Positions 1 to 12,304 of a stretch of 40,473 bases of DNA are shown here, one piece after another. The notes under the pieces are model-generated. The model was given only the letters and a program-made list of their open reading frames with translations. It was not told the DNA's origin and did no database searches. Position 1 is the stretch's first letter. Each line of letters begins with the position of its first letter. Location: contig NC_057759.1 of assembly GCF_004010195.1 (NCBI RefSeq), positions 2,171,237-2,211,709 of the forward strand, written 5' to 3'. The position numbers were made by a program, and so were the translations under genes. This DNA is from Chiloscyllium plagiosum (Eukaryota).

Positions 1-324
1 ATTATAACAGTAAGATGTGTGGGGCTGAACACTGGTGTAGGAGAAATAGGAGGTTTGGATTCACTGGACACTGGAGTCAGTACTGGGGAAGGATGAAACT
101 GTTGCAATGGGACGGGCTACACGTGGATGATACTAGGATCGGAGTCCTGGAAAATGGTATAACCAGGGCCTATATATTGGACTTTAAACTAAAACATGGG
201 TTTGTTTTTCAGCTGCGTGCAAAGTTATGGAAAAGTCAAAATGGGGAAGTGCTCGGCACAGGTTAAAGTTTCCACAACAAGAAATAGGACAGAAAGTACA
301 GAAAGGATCAGGAATAATCTAACT

Positions 325-495
325 GGGCGGCACGGTGGCACAGTGGTTAGCACTGCTGCCTCACAGCACCAGAGACCCGGGTTCAATTCCCGCCTCAGGC
401 GACTGACTGTGTGGAGTTTGCACGTTCTCCCTGCGTCTGCATGGGTTTGCTCCGGGTGCTCCGGTTTCCTCCCACAGTCCAAAGATGTGCAGGTC
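325..495 (+). mobile_element. tRNA-derived SINE (HE1 / V-SINE type), 5' part, runs into gap
   Basis: A box TGGCACAGTGG (336-346), B box GGTTCAATTCC (380-390), then the V-domain-type core TGTGTGGAGTTTGCACGTTCTCCC...CTCCGGTTTCCTCCCACAGTCCAAAGA. Same family as 34671-35011. Confidence 0.9.
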
Positions 496-1548
496 NNNNN
501 NNNNNNNNNNNNNNNNNNNNNNNNNNNNNNNNNNNNNNNNNNNNNNNNNNNNNNNNNNNNNNNNNNNNNNNNNNNNNNNNNNNNNNNNNNNNNNNNNNNN
601 NNNNNNNNNNNNNNNNNNNNNGCAGGGCTGAGGGACTTGTAACTAAATACACATGGTCTACAGAACAAGGTAAATCAGCTGCTACGCCAGACTGAACTTG
701 GCATTCACAATGTTGTAGGTATCAGAGAAAAGGTTGCAGGGGGTTCAGGACTGGTAACTAATTATCCAAGTTATCGAAAAGGCAATGGGCAGAGTCAGAG
801 GGGCTGATTTATTAGCAAGAAATAAAATAAAATTGACAGCAAGAAGCAAAATAGAGTCAGAAGATGTCGAATCCGTGAGGGTAGAGATCAGAAACCACAA
901 AGGGAAAAAGACCCTGATGGAACTTGTGTACAAGCCATTAGCCATTATCAGGATGTGGGGGAGAAAATACATCAGGAGACTATAAAAGTATGTAAGGAAC
1001 TGTTGCAATAATCATGGGAGACTTCAATATGTAGGTGAGCTGGGAAAAACAGGTTCTCAAGAAAACGTGAAACTATCTGAGAGATTGTTTTGGACCAGTT
1101 TGTGATAGAGGCCACTCAGGAACATGTAATTCTGGATTTAGTGAAGTGTAATGAGGGAGACTTAATTATGGAGCTCAAAGTGAAGGAACTCCTTGGAGCA
1201 GTGGCCATAACATAATAGAGTTCACCCTGCAGCTTGAGGGGGAGAAGATTGAATCAGGTGTAACGGGATGACAATTGGGTAAAGGTAACTACAAACACAT
1301 GTGGGTGGAGCTGGCCAGAGTTGGTTGGAAGGGAGAGCCAACCAGTAAAGACAATGGAGCAGCGATGGCAGGAGTTTCTGGGTTAACTCAGGAGACACTG
1401 CAGAAATTCATCCCAAGGAAGAAGAAACATACTAAGGGGAGGATGAGATCAACTAGGAGAAAGTAAGGACTGCAGATGCTGGAGACCAGAGTTGAAAAGT
1501 GTGGTGCTGGAAAAGCGCAGCAGGACAGGCAGCATCCGAGGAGCAGGA

Positions 1549-1586
1549 GAATCGACGTTTCGGGCATAAGCCCTTCTTCAGGAATG
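1549..1586 (-). ncRNA. Minimal type-I hammerhead ribozyme motif in Penelope pLTR
   Basis: Minus strand reads CTGAAGA-A-GGGC-TTAT-GCCC-GAAAC-GTC: CUGANGA box (1575-1581), 4-bp stem II, GAAAC (1557-1561), GUC cleavage triplet (1554-1556). Stems I and III are very short. Confidence 0.75.
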
Positions 1587-2715
1587 AGGCTGGTGTGCCA
1601 AGCGGGCTGAGATAAAAAGGTGGCGGGGTGGGGAATTTGGGGAAGAGGCATCGGGAATACGAGAGGTGGAAGGAGGTGAGGTTGAGGGTGANNNNNNNNN
1701 NNNNNNNNNNNNNNNNNNNNNNNNNNNNNNNNNNNNNNNNNNNNNNNNNNNNNNNNNNNNNNNNNNNNNNNNNNNNNNNNNNNNNNNNNNNNNNNNNNNN
1801 NNNNNNNNNNNNNNNNNNNNNNNNNNNNNNNNNNNNNNNNNNNNNNNNNNNNNNNNNNNNNNNNNNNNNNNNNNNNNNNNNNNNNNNNNNNNNNNNNNNN
1901 NNNNNNNNNNNNNNNNNNNNNNNNNNNNNNNNNNNNNNNNNNNNNNNNNNNNNNNNNNNNNNNNNNNNNNNNNNNNNNNNNNNNNNNNNNNNNNNNNNNN
2001 NNNNNNNNNNNNNNNNNNNNNNNNNNNNNNNNNNNNNNNNNNNNNNNNNNNNNNNNNNNNNNNNNNNNNNNNNNNNNNNNNNNNNNNNNNNNNNNNNNNN
2101 NNNNNNNNNNNNNNNNNNNNNNNNNNNNNNNNNNNNNNNNNNNNNNNNNNNNNNNNNNNNNNNNNNNNNNNNNNNNNNNNNNNNNNNNNNNNNNNNNNNN
2201 NNNNNNNNNNNNNNNNNNNNNNNNNNNNNNNNNNNNNNNNNNNNNNNNNNNNNNNNNNNNNNNNNNNNNNNNNNNNNNNNNNNNNNNNNNNNNNNNNNNN
2301 NNNNNNNNNNNNNNNNNNNNNNNNNNNNNNNNNNNNNNNNNNNNNNNNNNNNNNNNNNNNNNNNNNNNNNNNNNNNNNNNNNNNNNNNNNNNNNNNNNNN
2401 NNNNNNNNNNNNNNNNNNNNNNNNNNNNNNNNNNNNNNNNNNNNNNNNNNNNNNNNNNNNNNNNNNNNNNNNNNNNNNNNNNNNNNNNNNNNNNNNNNNN
2501 NNNNNNNNNNNNNNNNNNNNNNNNNNNNNNNNNNNNNNNNNNNNNNNNNNNNNNNNNNNNNNNNNNNNNNNNNNNNNNNNNNNNNNNNNNNNNNNNNNNN
2601 NNNNNNNNNCACCCTCACCCTCACCTCCTTCCACCTATCGTATTCCCAGCGCCTCTCCCCCAAATTCCCCCCCACCCCCATACCTTTTATCTCAGCCCGC
2701 TAGGCACACCAGCCT

Positions 2716-2752
2716 CATTCCTGAAGAAGGACTTATGCCCGAAACATTGACT
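2716..2752 (+). ncRNA. Degenerate hammerhead motif (second pLTR copy)
   Basis: CTGAAGA-AGGAC-TTAT-GCCC-GAAAC-ATT; stem II mismatch and decayed ACGTC. Confidence 0.5.
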
Positions 2753-3929
2753 CTCCTGTTCCTCGGATGCTGCCTGGCCTGCGACACTTTTCCAGCACCA
2801 CACTGTTCAACTAAGGGGAGGATGAGACAACCCTGGTTGACATGAGAAGTCAGGGAGAGCATAAAGGCAACACAAGCAGCACATAGTGCTGTAAAGATTA
2901 GTGGAAGCCAGAATATTGGGAAGTCTTTAAAAAACAGAAATAACTTTTAAAAGAAAAAAGGTGGGGGCGTGGAAAGAGGTGAAATATGAGAGTAAGCGAG
3001 TTACATGTAAAAGAGGGCTGCAGGCCCTTCTGGATATCTAAACAGTTACAGAGAGACAAGAGTGAACATTTCACAGTTTGAAAATAATGCTGGAGAAGTC
3101 ATAATGGGGAACCACAGCATGGCAAAGGATCTGAAGAGGTACTTTCCATTAGTTTTTAACAGTGGAAGACACCAGCAACAGACCAGAACTTCAAGGGAGA
3201 CGTGGAGACAGAAGTGAGTGCATTGGCCATTGGTAAGGGGAAAGTACTGGGAAGCTGAAAGCGGATAAATCACCAATACCGGATGGACTACACTCCAGAA
3301 AACTGAAGGAGACAGCGGAGTAGATTGGAGAAGCATTGGTGATGATCTTTCAGAAAGCACTGGAGTCAGGTAGGGTCCCAGATGACTGGAAAATGGCTAA
3401 TGCAACACGTGTTTAAGAAATGGAGGCAGAGGCAGGAAACTATAGGCTATGTAGCTAGAATGTAGTCATTCCTAAGGTTTGAGAATCCCTTATTTAGAAT
3501 GAGGCTGCAGAGTACTTGAAAGTGCATGGTAAAATAGGGCAGAGTCAGCACGGCTTTGTTAAGGAGCGATCTTCCCTGACAAATCTGTTCAAATTCTTTG
3601 AGGAAGTAACAAGCAAGTTAGACAACACAGAGCCAGTGGGTGTAATCGATTTGCATTTCCAGAAGGCCTTTGATAAGGTACCACACAGCAGGCTGCTAAA
3701 CAAAGTAAAGGTAGAGAATTGGCTGCCTGGCAGAAGGCAGAGAGTCAGGATAAAAGGGTCTTTTACAGAAAGGCAGCCGATGACTCATAGACTTCCACAG
3801 GGGTCAGTGTTGGGACCACAACTATTCATGTTATGCCTTAATGATCTGGACGAAGGAACTGAGGATATTCTTACACGTTTGCACATGGGATAGATGTCGG
3901 TGGAGAGGCAGGTAGTGCTGAGGAGGTGC

Positions 3930-5910
3930 GGAGGGTGTAGAAGGATTTGGACAGGCTGCAAGAGTGGACAAAGAAGTGACAGATAGAATACAATGTGGGA
4001 AATTGTGAGATTATGCACTCTGTTAGAAGGAATAAAGATGTTGATAACATTCTGAACAGGGAAAGGCTTCAGAAATCTCAAAGGCAAGGGACCTTGGGAG
4101 TCCTAGTTCAGGAATTCTCTTAAGGTAAACTGGCAGGTTCAGAAGGCAGTTTGAAAGGCAAATGCCATTTTAACATTTATTTCAAGGAGGTTACAATACA
4201 AGAGCAGAGATGTACTGCTGTGTCTCTATCAGCTCTGGTCAGACTGCATTTGGAATATTGTGAGCAGCTTTGGGCCCGTTATCTCGGGAAGGGTGTACTT
4301 GTGTTGGAGGGAGCCCAGAGTACATTTACAAGAATGACCCCAGGATGAAGGACTTGTCGGAAAAACAGCAATTGAGGATAACTCTGGGTCTGTATTCAAT
4401 AGATTATAGAAGTATGAGGGGGATATAGGAAGGATAGAAAGACAGGTAAAAGAGAAGGTGCAGTGGTGTTTTTGATTAAGGAAAAAATTGCTGCTCTAAC
4501 TAGAGAAAATATTCTGAAAAAGATCATCCAGTAAAAATATCTGGGTTAAAATAAAAAAAGGGATAATCACCATGATGGGACTGTACTATAGGCCCAACAG
4601 TCAGAAGGAAACTGAGGAACAAATATACACAGATTTCAGATATATGTAAGAATATAAAGGCTGTAATAGTCGTTTTTTACAAACATTGTCTGGAAGTACC
4701 ATTGTGTTAAAGTCTTGGATGGGGAAGAGACTTTTAAAATTCGAAGAAAATTTCTTAATCAACATGTAAATGTTCNNNNNNNNNNNNNNNNNNNNNNNNN
4801 NNNNNNNNNNNNNNNNNNNNNNNNNNNNNNNNNNNNNNNNNNNNNNNNNNNNNNNNNNNNNNNNNNNNNNNNNNNNNNNNNNNNNNNNNNNNNNNNNNNN
4901 NNNNNNNNNNNNNNNNNNNNNNNNNNNNNNNNNNNNNNNNNNNNNNNNNNNNNNNNNNNNNNNNNNNNNNNNNNNNNNNNNNNNNNNNNNNNNNNNNNNN
5001 NNNNNNNNNNNNNNNNNNNNNNNNNNNNNNNNNNNNNNNNNNNNNNNNNNNNNNNNNNNNGGAGGGTGTAGAAGGATTTGGACAGGCTGCAAGAGTGGAC
5101 GAAGAAGTGACAGATGGAATACAATGTGGGAAATTGTGAGGTTATGCACTCTGGTAGAAGGAATAAAGATGTTGATAATTTTCTGAACAGGGAAAGTCTT
5201 CAGAAATCTCAAAGGCAAGGGACCTTGGGAGTCCTAGTTCAGGAATTCTCTTAAGGTTAACTGGCAGGTTCAGAAGGCAGTTTGGAAGGCAAATGCCATT
5301 TTAACATTTATTTCAAGGAGGCTACAATACAAGAGCAGAGATGTCCTGCTGTGTCTCTATCAGCTCTGGTCAGACTGCATTTGGAATATTGTGAGCAGCT
5401 TTGGGCCCATTATCTCAGGAAGGATGTGCTTGTGTTGGAGGGAGCCCAGAGTACATTTACAAGAATGACCCCAGGATGAAGGACTTGTTAGAAAAACAGC
5501 AATTGAGGATAACTCTGGGTCTGTATTCAATAGATTATAGAAGTACGAGGGGGATATAGGAAGGATAGAAAGACAGGTAAAAGAGAAGGTGCAGTGGTGT
5601 TTTTGATTAAGGAAAAAATTGCTGCTCTAACCAGAGAAAATATTTCTGAAAAAGATCATCCAGTAAAAATATCTGGGTTAAAATAAAAAAAGGGATACTC
5701 ACCATGATGGGACTGTACAATAGGCCCCTCAACAGTCAGAAGGAAACTGAGGAACAAATATACACAGATTTCAGATATATGTAAGAATATAAAGGCCGTA
5801 ATAGTACATTTTTACAAACATTGTCTGGAAGTACCATTGTGTTAAAGGCTTGGATGGAGAAGAGACTTTTAAAATTCGAATAAAATTTCTTAATCAACAT
5901 GTAAACGTTC
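3930..5910 (+). repeat. Near-identical direct duplication (3930-4775 vs 5061-5910) flanking an N-gap; CR1-derived sequence
   Basis: Copies align end to end with few substitutions and small indels. The left copy ends and the right copy starts exactly at the gap edges. Confidence 0.9.
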
Positions 5911-5919
5911 CGAGAGAAG

Positions 5920-8565
5920 GAGCTTCATGTTCCAGGATACAAATGCTACAGGAAGCTTAGAAAGTGGGGGCAAGAGAGGAAGGGAGTGTCAGTTTTGATA
6001 AGGGATAGTATTACTACTGTACTTAGGGACGATATTCCTGGGAATATATCCAGGAAGGTATTTGGATGGTACTGAGAAATAAGAAAGGGATGGTCATCTT
6101 ATTGGGATTGTATTACAGACTCCCTGATAGTCAGCAAGAAATTCAGAAACAAATTTGTAAGGAGATTTCAGTTCTCTGTAAGAATAATACGGTGGTTATG
6201 GTAGGGGATTTTAACATTCTAAATGTAGACAGGGACTTCCATAGGTTTAGAAGGAGAGGAATTTATTATGTGTGTACAAGGAAAGTTTCTGATTTAGTAT
6301 GTGGATGGTCCTGCCAGAGGTGGTGCAAAATTTGACCTACTCCTGGGAAATAATGCAGGGCAGGTGACTGAGGTGTCAGTGGGGGAGCAGTTTGGAGCCA
6401 GCAACCATAAATCTGTTTGTTTTTAAATAGTGATGGAAAAGGACAGACCAGGTCTTAAAGCTGAAGTTCAAAATTGGAGGAAGGCTAATTTTGACAGCAT
6501 TAGGCAAGAACTTTCAAAAGCTGATTGGGGGCAGATGTTTGGAGGTAAAGTGAAGGCTGGAAAATGGGAAGCCTTCAAAATGCGATAACAAGAGTCCAGA
6601 GTTAGTATATTCCTGTTTGAGTGAAAGGAAAGACTGGTAGGTGGCGGGAATGTGGGATGACGAGAGAAATTGGGGTTTTGGTTAAGAAAAAATGAAGCAT
6701 ATTCAGGTTTGGTCAGGAGAAATTGAGTGAATCCCGAGAGTATAAAGGTAGTAGGAGTATCCTTAAGAGAGAATCCCAAGGGCAAAAAGGAGACATGAGA
6801 TAGCTTTGGCAAATAGAAGTAAGGAGAATGCAAAGAGTTTTTAGAAATAGATTAAGGACAAAACAGTATCTAGGGAGAGAATAGGGCCTCTCAAAGATCA
6901 GCAAGGCACCTGATGCGTGGAGCCATGGGAGATGGGGAAGATACTAAATGAGTATTTTGCATCAGTGTTCACTGTGAAGAAGGACATGGAAGATAACAGA
7001 ATGTGGGAAAATAGATAGTGACATCTTCAAAAATGTCCATATTACAGAGGAGAAAGTGCTGGATGCCTTGAAATGCATAAAAGTGGATAAATCCCCAAGA
7101 CCTGATCGGGTGCACCTTCGAACTCTGTGGGAAGGTAGGGAAGTGATTGCTGAGCACATTGCTGAGATATTTTTATCATTGATAGTCGCAGGTGAGGTGC
7201 TGGATGACTGGAAGATTGTTAACGTGGTGTCACTATTTAAGAAAGATGGTAAGGAAAAGCCAAGGAACTGGAGACCAGTGAGTCTGATATCGGTGGTGGG
7301 CAAGATGTTGGAGGGAATCCTGAGAGACAGGATTGACATGCATTTGGTAAGGCAAGGACTGATTAGGGATAGTCAGCATGGCTTTGTGCATGGGAAAACG
7401 TGTGTCATGAACTTGAATGAGTTGTTTTGAAGAACTAACAAAGAGGATTGATGAAGTCAGAGTGGTGGATGTGATCTCTATGGCCTTCAGTAAGGCATTC
7501 GATGAGGTTCTTCATGGGAGATTGGTTAGCAAGGTTAGATCTCATGGAATACAGGGAAGGTAGCCAATTGGATGCAGAACTTGCTCGATGGTAGAAGATG
7601 GGGGTGGGGGTGGTGGTGGAGGAGAGCTGCTTTTCAGACTGGAGGCTTGTGACCAGTGGTGTGTTGGATCCACTGCTTTTCATCATTTATGTGAATGATT
7701 TGGATTTGAACATAGCAGGTATAGTTAATAAGTTTGCAGATGACACCAAAATTGGACAGCAAAGAAGATTCCTTCAAAGTACAACAGGACCATGATCAGA
7801 TGGGCCAATGGACTTAGGAGTGGCAGATGGAGTTTTATTCAGATAAATCTGGGGCGCTACATTTTGGAAAGGCAAATCAGGGCAGGACTTGTACACTTAA
7901 TGTTAAGATCATGGGGATGTTGCTGAACAAAGAGACATTGGAGTGCAGGTTCATAGCTCCTTGAAAAGGGAATCACAGGTAGATAGGATAGTGAGGGTGG
8001 TGTTTGGTACGTTTTCTTCATTAGTCAGTGCATCGAGTATAGGAGTTGGGAGGTCATGTTGTGGTTGTGCAGGTCATTGGTGAGGCCAGTTTTGGAATAG
8101 TGTATGCAATACTGGTCTCCTTCGTATAGGAAGGATATTGTGAAATGTTGAAGGGTTCAGAAAAGACTTACAAGGAATTTGTCAGGGTTGGACGATTTGA
8201 GCTATAGAGAGAGGCTGAACAGGCTAGGGCTGACCACACAGAGGTTTATAAAGTCATGAGGGACAATGTCTCTTCCCTGAGGTGAGGGAGTATAAAACTC
8301 GAGGCGTAGGTTTAAGGTAAACGGGGAAACATTCACGCATAAGATGGTACGAGTAAGGAATGAGCTGCCAGAGGAAGTGGAGGAGGCTGGTACAATTACA
8401 ACATTTAAAAGGCATCTGGATGGGTCCATGAAGAGGAAGGGTTGAAAGGGATATGGGTCAAGTGCTGGCAAATGGGACTAGATTAGTTTCTGACATCTGG
8501 TTGGCATGGATGAGTAGGACCAAAGAGTCTGCTTCAGTGCTGTACATCTCGCTGACTCAATGGCT
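5920..8565 (+). mobile_element. CR1/HER1-type LINE, 5'-truncated ORF2 plus 3' UTR, degenerate
   Basis: APE motifs GLYYRLP and VVMVGDFN (6066-6335). KVDKSPRPD, NWRPVSLISVVGK and QHGFV (7056-7430). KFADDTKIG (7598-7795). 3' tail GTGCTGTACATCTCGCTGACTCAATGGCT. Same family as 29177-34029. Confidence 0.92.
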
Positions 8566-8679
8566 GTGAATGATAACCTTTATTGGAAATTGGGTGATGT
8601 GAATTGAGAATGTAGAGGGATAAAAAAAAGTTATAATTGCTTAGTGGTATTTGACTATGCTTGTGAAAACTTCTCGCTA

Positions 8680-8890
8680 GAAATTCCATGTGTGTCTAAT
8701 TCAACTGTTCTGTGACTGTGGAAAGTATGCTTTTCAGTCTGACAGCGATAGCACAGCTGCTGTTTGTGAGAAGGAACTGATCACACTTGGCTTCGTACCG
8801 AGGGGATGTTACATTGTCTTGCTCCTTCATGTAATTGCCTGGAGGAAGAGAGACGAGACATCCCCTGTAAATCAACATTAAGTGATTTTG
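8680..8890 (-). repeat. Low-copy module X, copy 1 (exon-like core 8757-8838)
   Basis: Homologous to 15800-16015, 26355-26560 and 37668-37870. Acceptor-like TCTCTCTTCCTCCAG retained; donor position mutated (CAG|CTGTGC). Confidence 0.8.
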
Positions 8891-9896
8891 ACAGTATCAA
8901 ATCTTTCAATGTAATATTCATTTTATAATCATGAGGCTGTGTTTCTTTCCAGCCAGCATTTCAAACAGAATTACAGGTCTGACTCCATTCTTGGCCTGAG
9001 TTGCTCTTTGTCTGGTGATTGCAACAAAAGAAATCTATATCAATTCACTGAGAACCAGCTACTAACCAACACCTCTACAACTCCACAATGGGGCTACCCA
9101 ATACAAGTTTGTATCTGGATCCGAGAGTTTCCTTATCAATCCATACCTGTCAGTTCCTGCGAGGTGAATGTGGGAGTACGGCTGTCAACCTGTACCTGTC
9201 AGTATAGGCCGTGCAAACGTGAGAGTTAATATAGTTATCAATCTGTCCCTGTCACTCTCTGCAATGTCCAAAATGTATTTATGAGAGAGTGACAGGAACA
9301 GATTGATAACTACATTCACATTGTATAAACTGACAGGTATAGATTGATAATTGAACTCATATCCACATAGTAGAAACTGGCAGAGACTGATTGATAATAC
9401 ATTTTAAATAAATAGGATCAGTCCCTATGTGCTTCACTGATGGGGATGTGTGAGTTTAGTTATCAATATATACCTGTCAGTTTCTGCCATTGTGAATGTG
9501 TGAATTGACTTAACAATCTTTCCCTAACAGTTTCTGCTGTGCATCTGACAGTGTAGTTATCAACCTGAACCTGTCAGTTTCAGCATTGAGAACGGGTGTG
9601 TCATTCTCAGTATCTCCCTGCCAGTTTCTGCTGTATAAATATTAAATGCAGTCATCAATTTGTACCTGTCAGTATCTTCTGTGTGAATTTAGATATTGAT
9701 CTCCACATGTCAGTTTTAGCTATAATCAATTTCTCAGTGCAATTATCAAACAGTACCTGTCAGGTTTTGCTATTTGACACCAGAGTATCATTGTCAATCT
9801 GTTTCTACTACATCAATTTGAGAGTCAATACCAGTCTGTCCCTGTCAATCTGTGACTAGTACAGTTATCATCGTCTACCGGTCAATTTCTTAATTG

Positions 9897-11007
9897 TCAA
9901 TCTGTACCTTTCAGACTCTGCTGTGTGAATACATAAATATAATTATCAATCTATAGTTGTCAGTTTCTGCTTGGTGAATATGTCTGTGTAATTGTCAATT
10001 CTGCCAGTTTATGCTATGTGTATGTGTGAGCTGAGTTTTCATCTGTCACTATCAGTTTCTGCTTTGTGAATAAGACAGTTTAGTTATCAATCCTTCCTGT
10101 CAGGTGCTGTAATGTCAGGGTTTTCCTGTCAGGTTGTGTGACTGTAACTATCAACCTGAACCTCTCAGATTCTGCGACATGTGTGTGTAGTTATCCACTT
10201 GATTTGATCTGATTTATTATTGTCACATGTACAGAGATACAATGAAAAGTATTGTTTTGAGTGCCTTACAGGCAGACCATATCATACAAAGTGCATTAGG
10301 GCAATAGAACAGCATCTGGAATAAAGTGTTAATGCTGCAGAGAAGGTGCAGTGGGAGAGATTAAAATTTGAGAGGTCCATTCAAAAGTCTAATAACAGNN
10401 NNNNNNNNNNNNNNNNNNNNNNNNNNNNNNNNNNNNNNNNNNNNNNNNNNNNNNNNNNNNNNNNNNNNNNNNNNNNNNNNNNNNNNNNNNNNNNNNNNNN
10501 NNNNTCAATCTGTACCTTTCAGACTCTGCTGTGTGAATACATAAATATAGTTATCAATCTATAGCTGTCAGTTTCTGCTCGGTGAATATGTCTGTGTAAT
10601 TGTCAATTCCTGCCAGTTTATGCTATGTGTATGTGTGAGCTGAGCTTTCATCTGTCACTATCAATTTCTGCTTTGTGAATAAGACAGTTTAGTTATCAAT
10701 CCTTCCTGTCAGGTGCTGTAATGTCAGGGTTTTCCTGTCAGGTTGTGTGACTGTAGCTATTAACCTGTACCTCTCAGATTCTGCAACATGAGGGTGTAGT
10801 TATCCACTTGATTTTATCTGATTTATTAGTGTCACATGTACAGAGATACAATGAAAAGTATTGTTTTGAGTGCCTTACAGGCAGACCATATCATGCAAAG
10901 TGCATTAGGACAATAGAACAGCATCTGGAATAAAGTGTTAATGCTGCAGAGAAGGTGCAGTGGGAGAGATTAAAATTTGAGAGGTCCATTCAAAAGTCTA
11001 AAAACAG
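9897..11007 (+). repeat. Near-identical direct duplication (9897-10398 vs 10505-11007) flanking an N-gap
   Basis: Copies abut both sides of gap 10399-10504 and differ by scattered substitutions. Confidence 0.9.
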
Positions 11008-11342
11008 CAGAGAATCAATTCTTGAATCTGTTGGATGGTGTATTCAAACTTCTGTATTTTCTACCTGGCAGACCAGGGTGGAGGAGCGTAGAACTGGTGT
11101 CAGATGAGTCTTTGATTATATTGGCTGCTTTCCTGAGACAGGGGCAAATGTAAAAAGAGCCTTTGGATGGAAGATTGCTTTCAGTGATGTACTGGACTGT
11201 GCTCACAACTCATTGTAGTTTCTTGTGGTCTTGGGCAGAACAGTAGCCATACCATACTGTGACACATCCAGATAGGTAGTGCATCTACAAAAATTTGCAG
11301 GAGTCTTTATAGACATGGTGAATTTCCTTAGCCTCCTGAGGA
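10808..11342 (-). mobile_element. Rex1/Babar-type LINE 3' fragment
   Basis: Minus-strand translation QYITESNLPS...KAANIIKDSS...LPGRKYRSLNT..RFKN (11015-11206), with LRRLRKF and WYGYCSAQDHKKLQ upstream, resembles the Rex1 RT C-terminus. Ends in an AATAAATCAGAT.AAATC tail. Partial duplicate at 10200-10398. Confidence 0.75.
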
Positions 11343-11611
11343 TATCTGCTTGGTGAATGAGTTTGGGTAATTGTCAATCTAAGCCTGCCAGTTTCTGCTA
11401 TGTGAATGGGAGAGTTTAGTGTTTAACAGTCTCTGTCAGATTTGTGAAGGTTTTAGTTAAGAATCCTTCCCAGTTAGGCTCTGTAATGTAAATGTGAGTG
11501 TATTTATCAATGTTTGCCTGACAAATTTTCTTTTGTGAACATGTGAATGTAGTTAGCAATTCTCCCTGGTAGTTTCTACTGTGAATATGAAAATGTAGTT
11601 ATTAATCTCTA

Positions 11612-12304
11612 AATGAAAACCAAAAGAACTGCAGATGCTGGAAATCAGAAACAAAATCAAATTGCTGGAAAAACTCAGCAGGTCTGACAGAGTCTGTGGA
11701 CAGAAATCAGAGTTAAAATTTCCAGTCCAGGAACCCTTCCTGTGAAGAGATGGAAGCCAGGAAAATATTAGTTTTTCTGCAGAAGATAGGGTATGTTGAA
11801 GTGTTGGAAGTAAATGTAGATGGATATAGAATCCAAAGATCATGGTCAGACAAGGAAGGTGACTCACTATTAACAGGGACTGTTAGTGACTGTTGATGTC
11901 TAATAGCAGACCTTGTGATAACAAGACCTGGTGTGAGGGGTTCTGGGTTATGACACGGGAAAGCTCTTGCCCTCAAGTTGTAGAAGTCAATATTGAGTCT
12001 AGAAGGCTCTTTTCCCAACCAGAAAATGAGGTGCTGTTCTTCCAGCTTGCACTGAGCTTCACTGGAGCACTGCAGCAAGCCTGAGGCAGAGATCTTGGCC
12101 AGGGAACAGGGTGGTGTGTTGAAGGGGCAGGCAACTGGAAGCTCAGGGTCTTGTTTTCTGGACAGAATGTAGGTGTTTGGCAAAGTGGACACTCAATCTA
12201 CACTCAGTTTCCCCAGAATACAGAAGACCACATGGCAGCTAGAAGAATGCACAGTCAGTTCTGTGGAAGGGTCACTAGTTCAAACGTAACACTGATTTCT
12301 TTTA
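11612..12304 (-). mobile_element. Penelope-like element (second family): GIY-YIG endonuclease C-terminus plus pLTR, with short inverted pLTR remnant at ~12257-12300
   Basis: ORF 11713-12192 contains ELPVACPFN...EAQCKLEEQHLIFWLG..PSRLNIDF. Terminus AGAACTGCAGATGCTGGAAATC. Possible 13-bp TSD TTAT(T/C)AATCTCTA at 11599-11611 and 12305-12317. Confidence 0.8.

Larger units (their letters stand above)
1449..2809. mobile_element. Penelope-like retroelement with inverted terminal (pLTR) copies; interior is a gap
   Basis: ~1490-1691 is the approximate reverse complement of 2610-2809. Flanked by an 18-bp direct repeat ACTAAGGGGAGGATGAGA (1431-1448 and 2810-2827) inside the host CR1. Confidence 0.85.
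1..4420 (+). mobile_element. Degenerate CR1-clade LINE (ORF1 esterase end, APE endonuclease, RT), interrupted by a SINE and a Penelope-like element
   Basis: ORF 15-266 has WC..GF.GHW.QYWGR..L.WDGLH, similar to the CR1 ORF1 esterase motif at 33348-33614. ORF 785-985 is APE-like (ESVRVEIRNHKGKKTL). ORF 3516-3893 has RT motifs QHGFVK, FQKAFDKVPH, PQGSVLGP. Many stops and frameshifts. Confidence 0.88.

Noticed and set aside
325..400. tRNA gene
   Set aside because: A and B boxes are present but continue directly into the SINE core, so this is a SINE head.
1453..2845. Long ORFs of 300-460 aa (also 21629-23032 and 38599-39792)
   Set aside because: Their length comes from translating through N-gaps.
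3930..5910. ~850-bp tandem duplication
   Set aside because: The copies end and start exactly at an N-gap and are nearly identical, typical of unmerged allelic contig ends. Treated as a probable assembly artefact.
9897..11007. ~500-bp tandem duplication
   Set aside because: Same gap-flanking pattern; probable assembly artefact.
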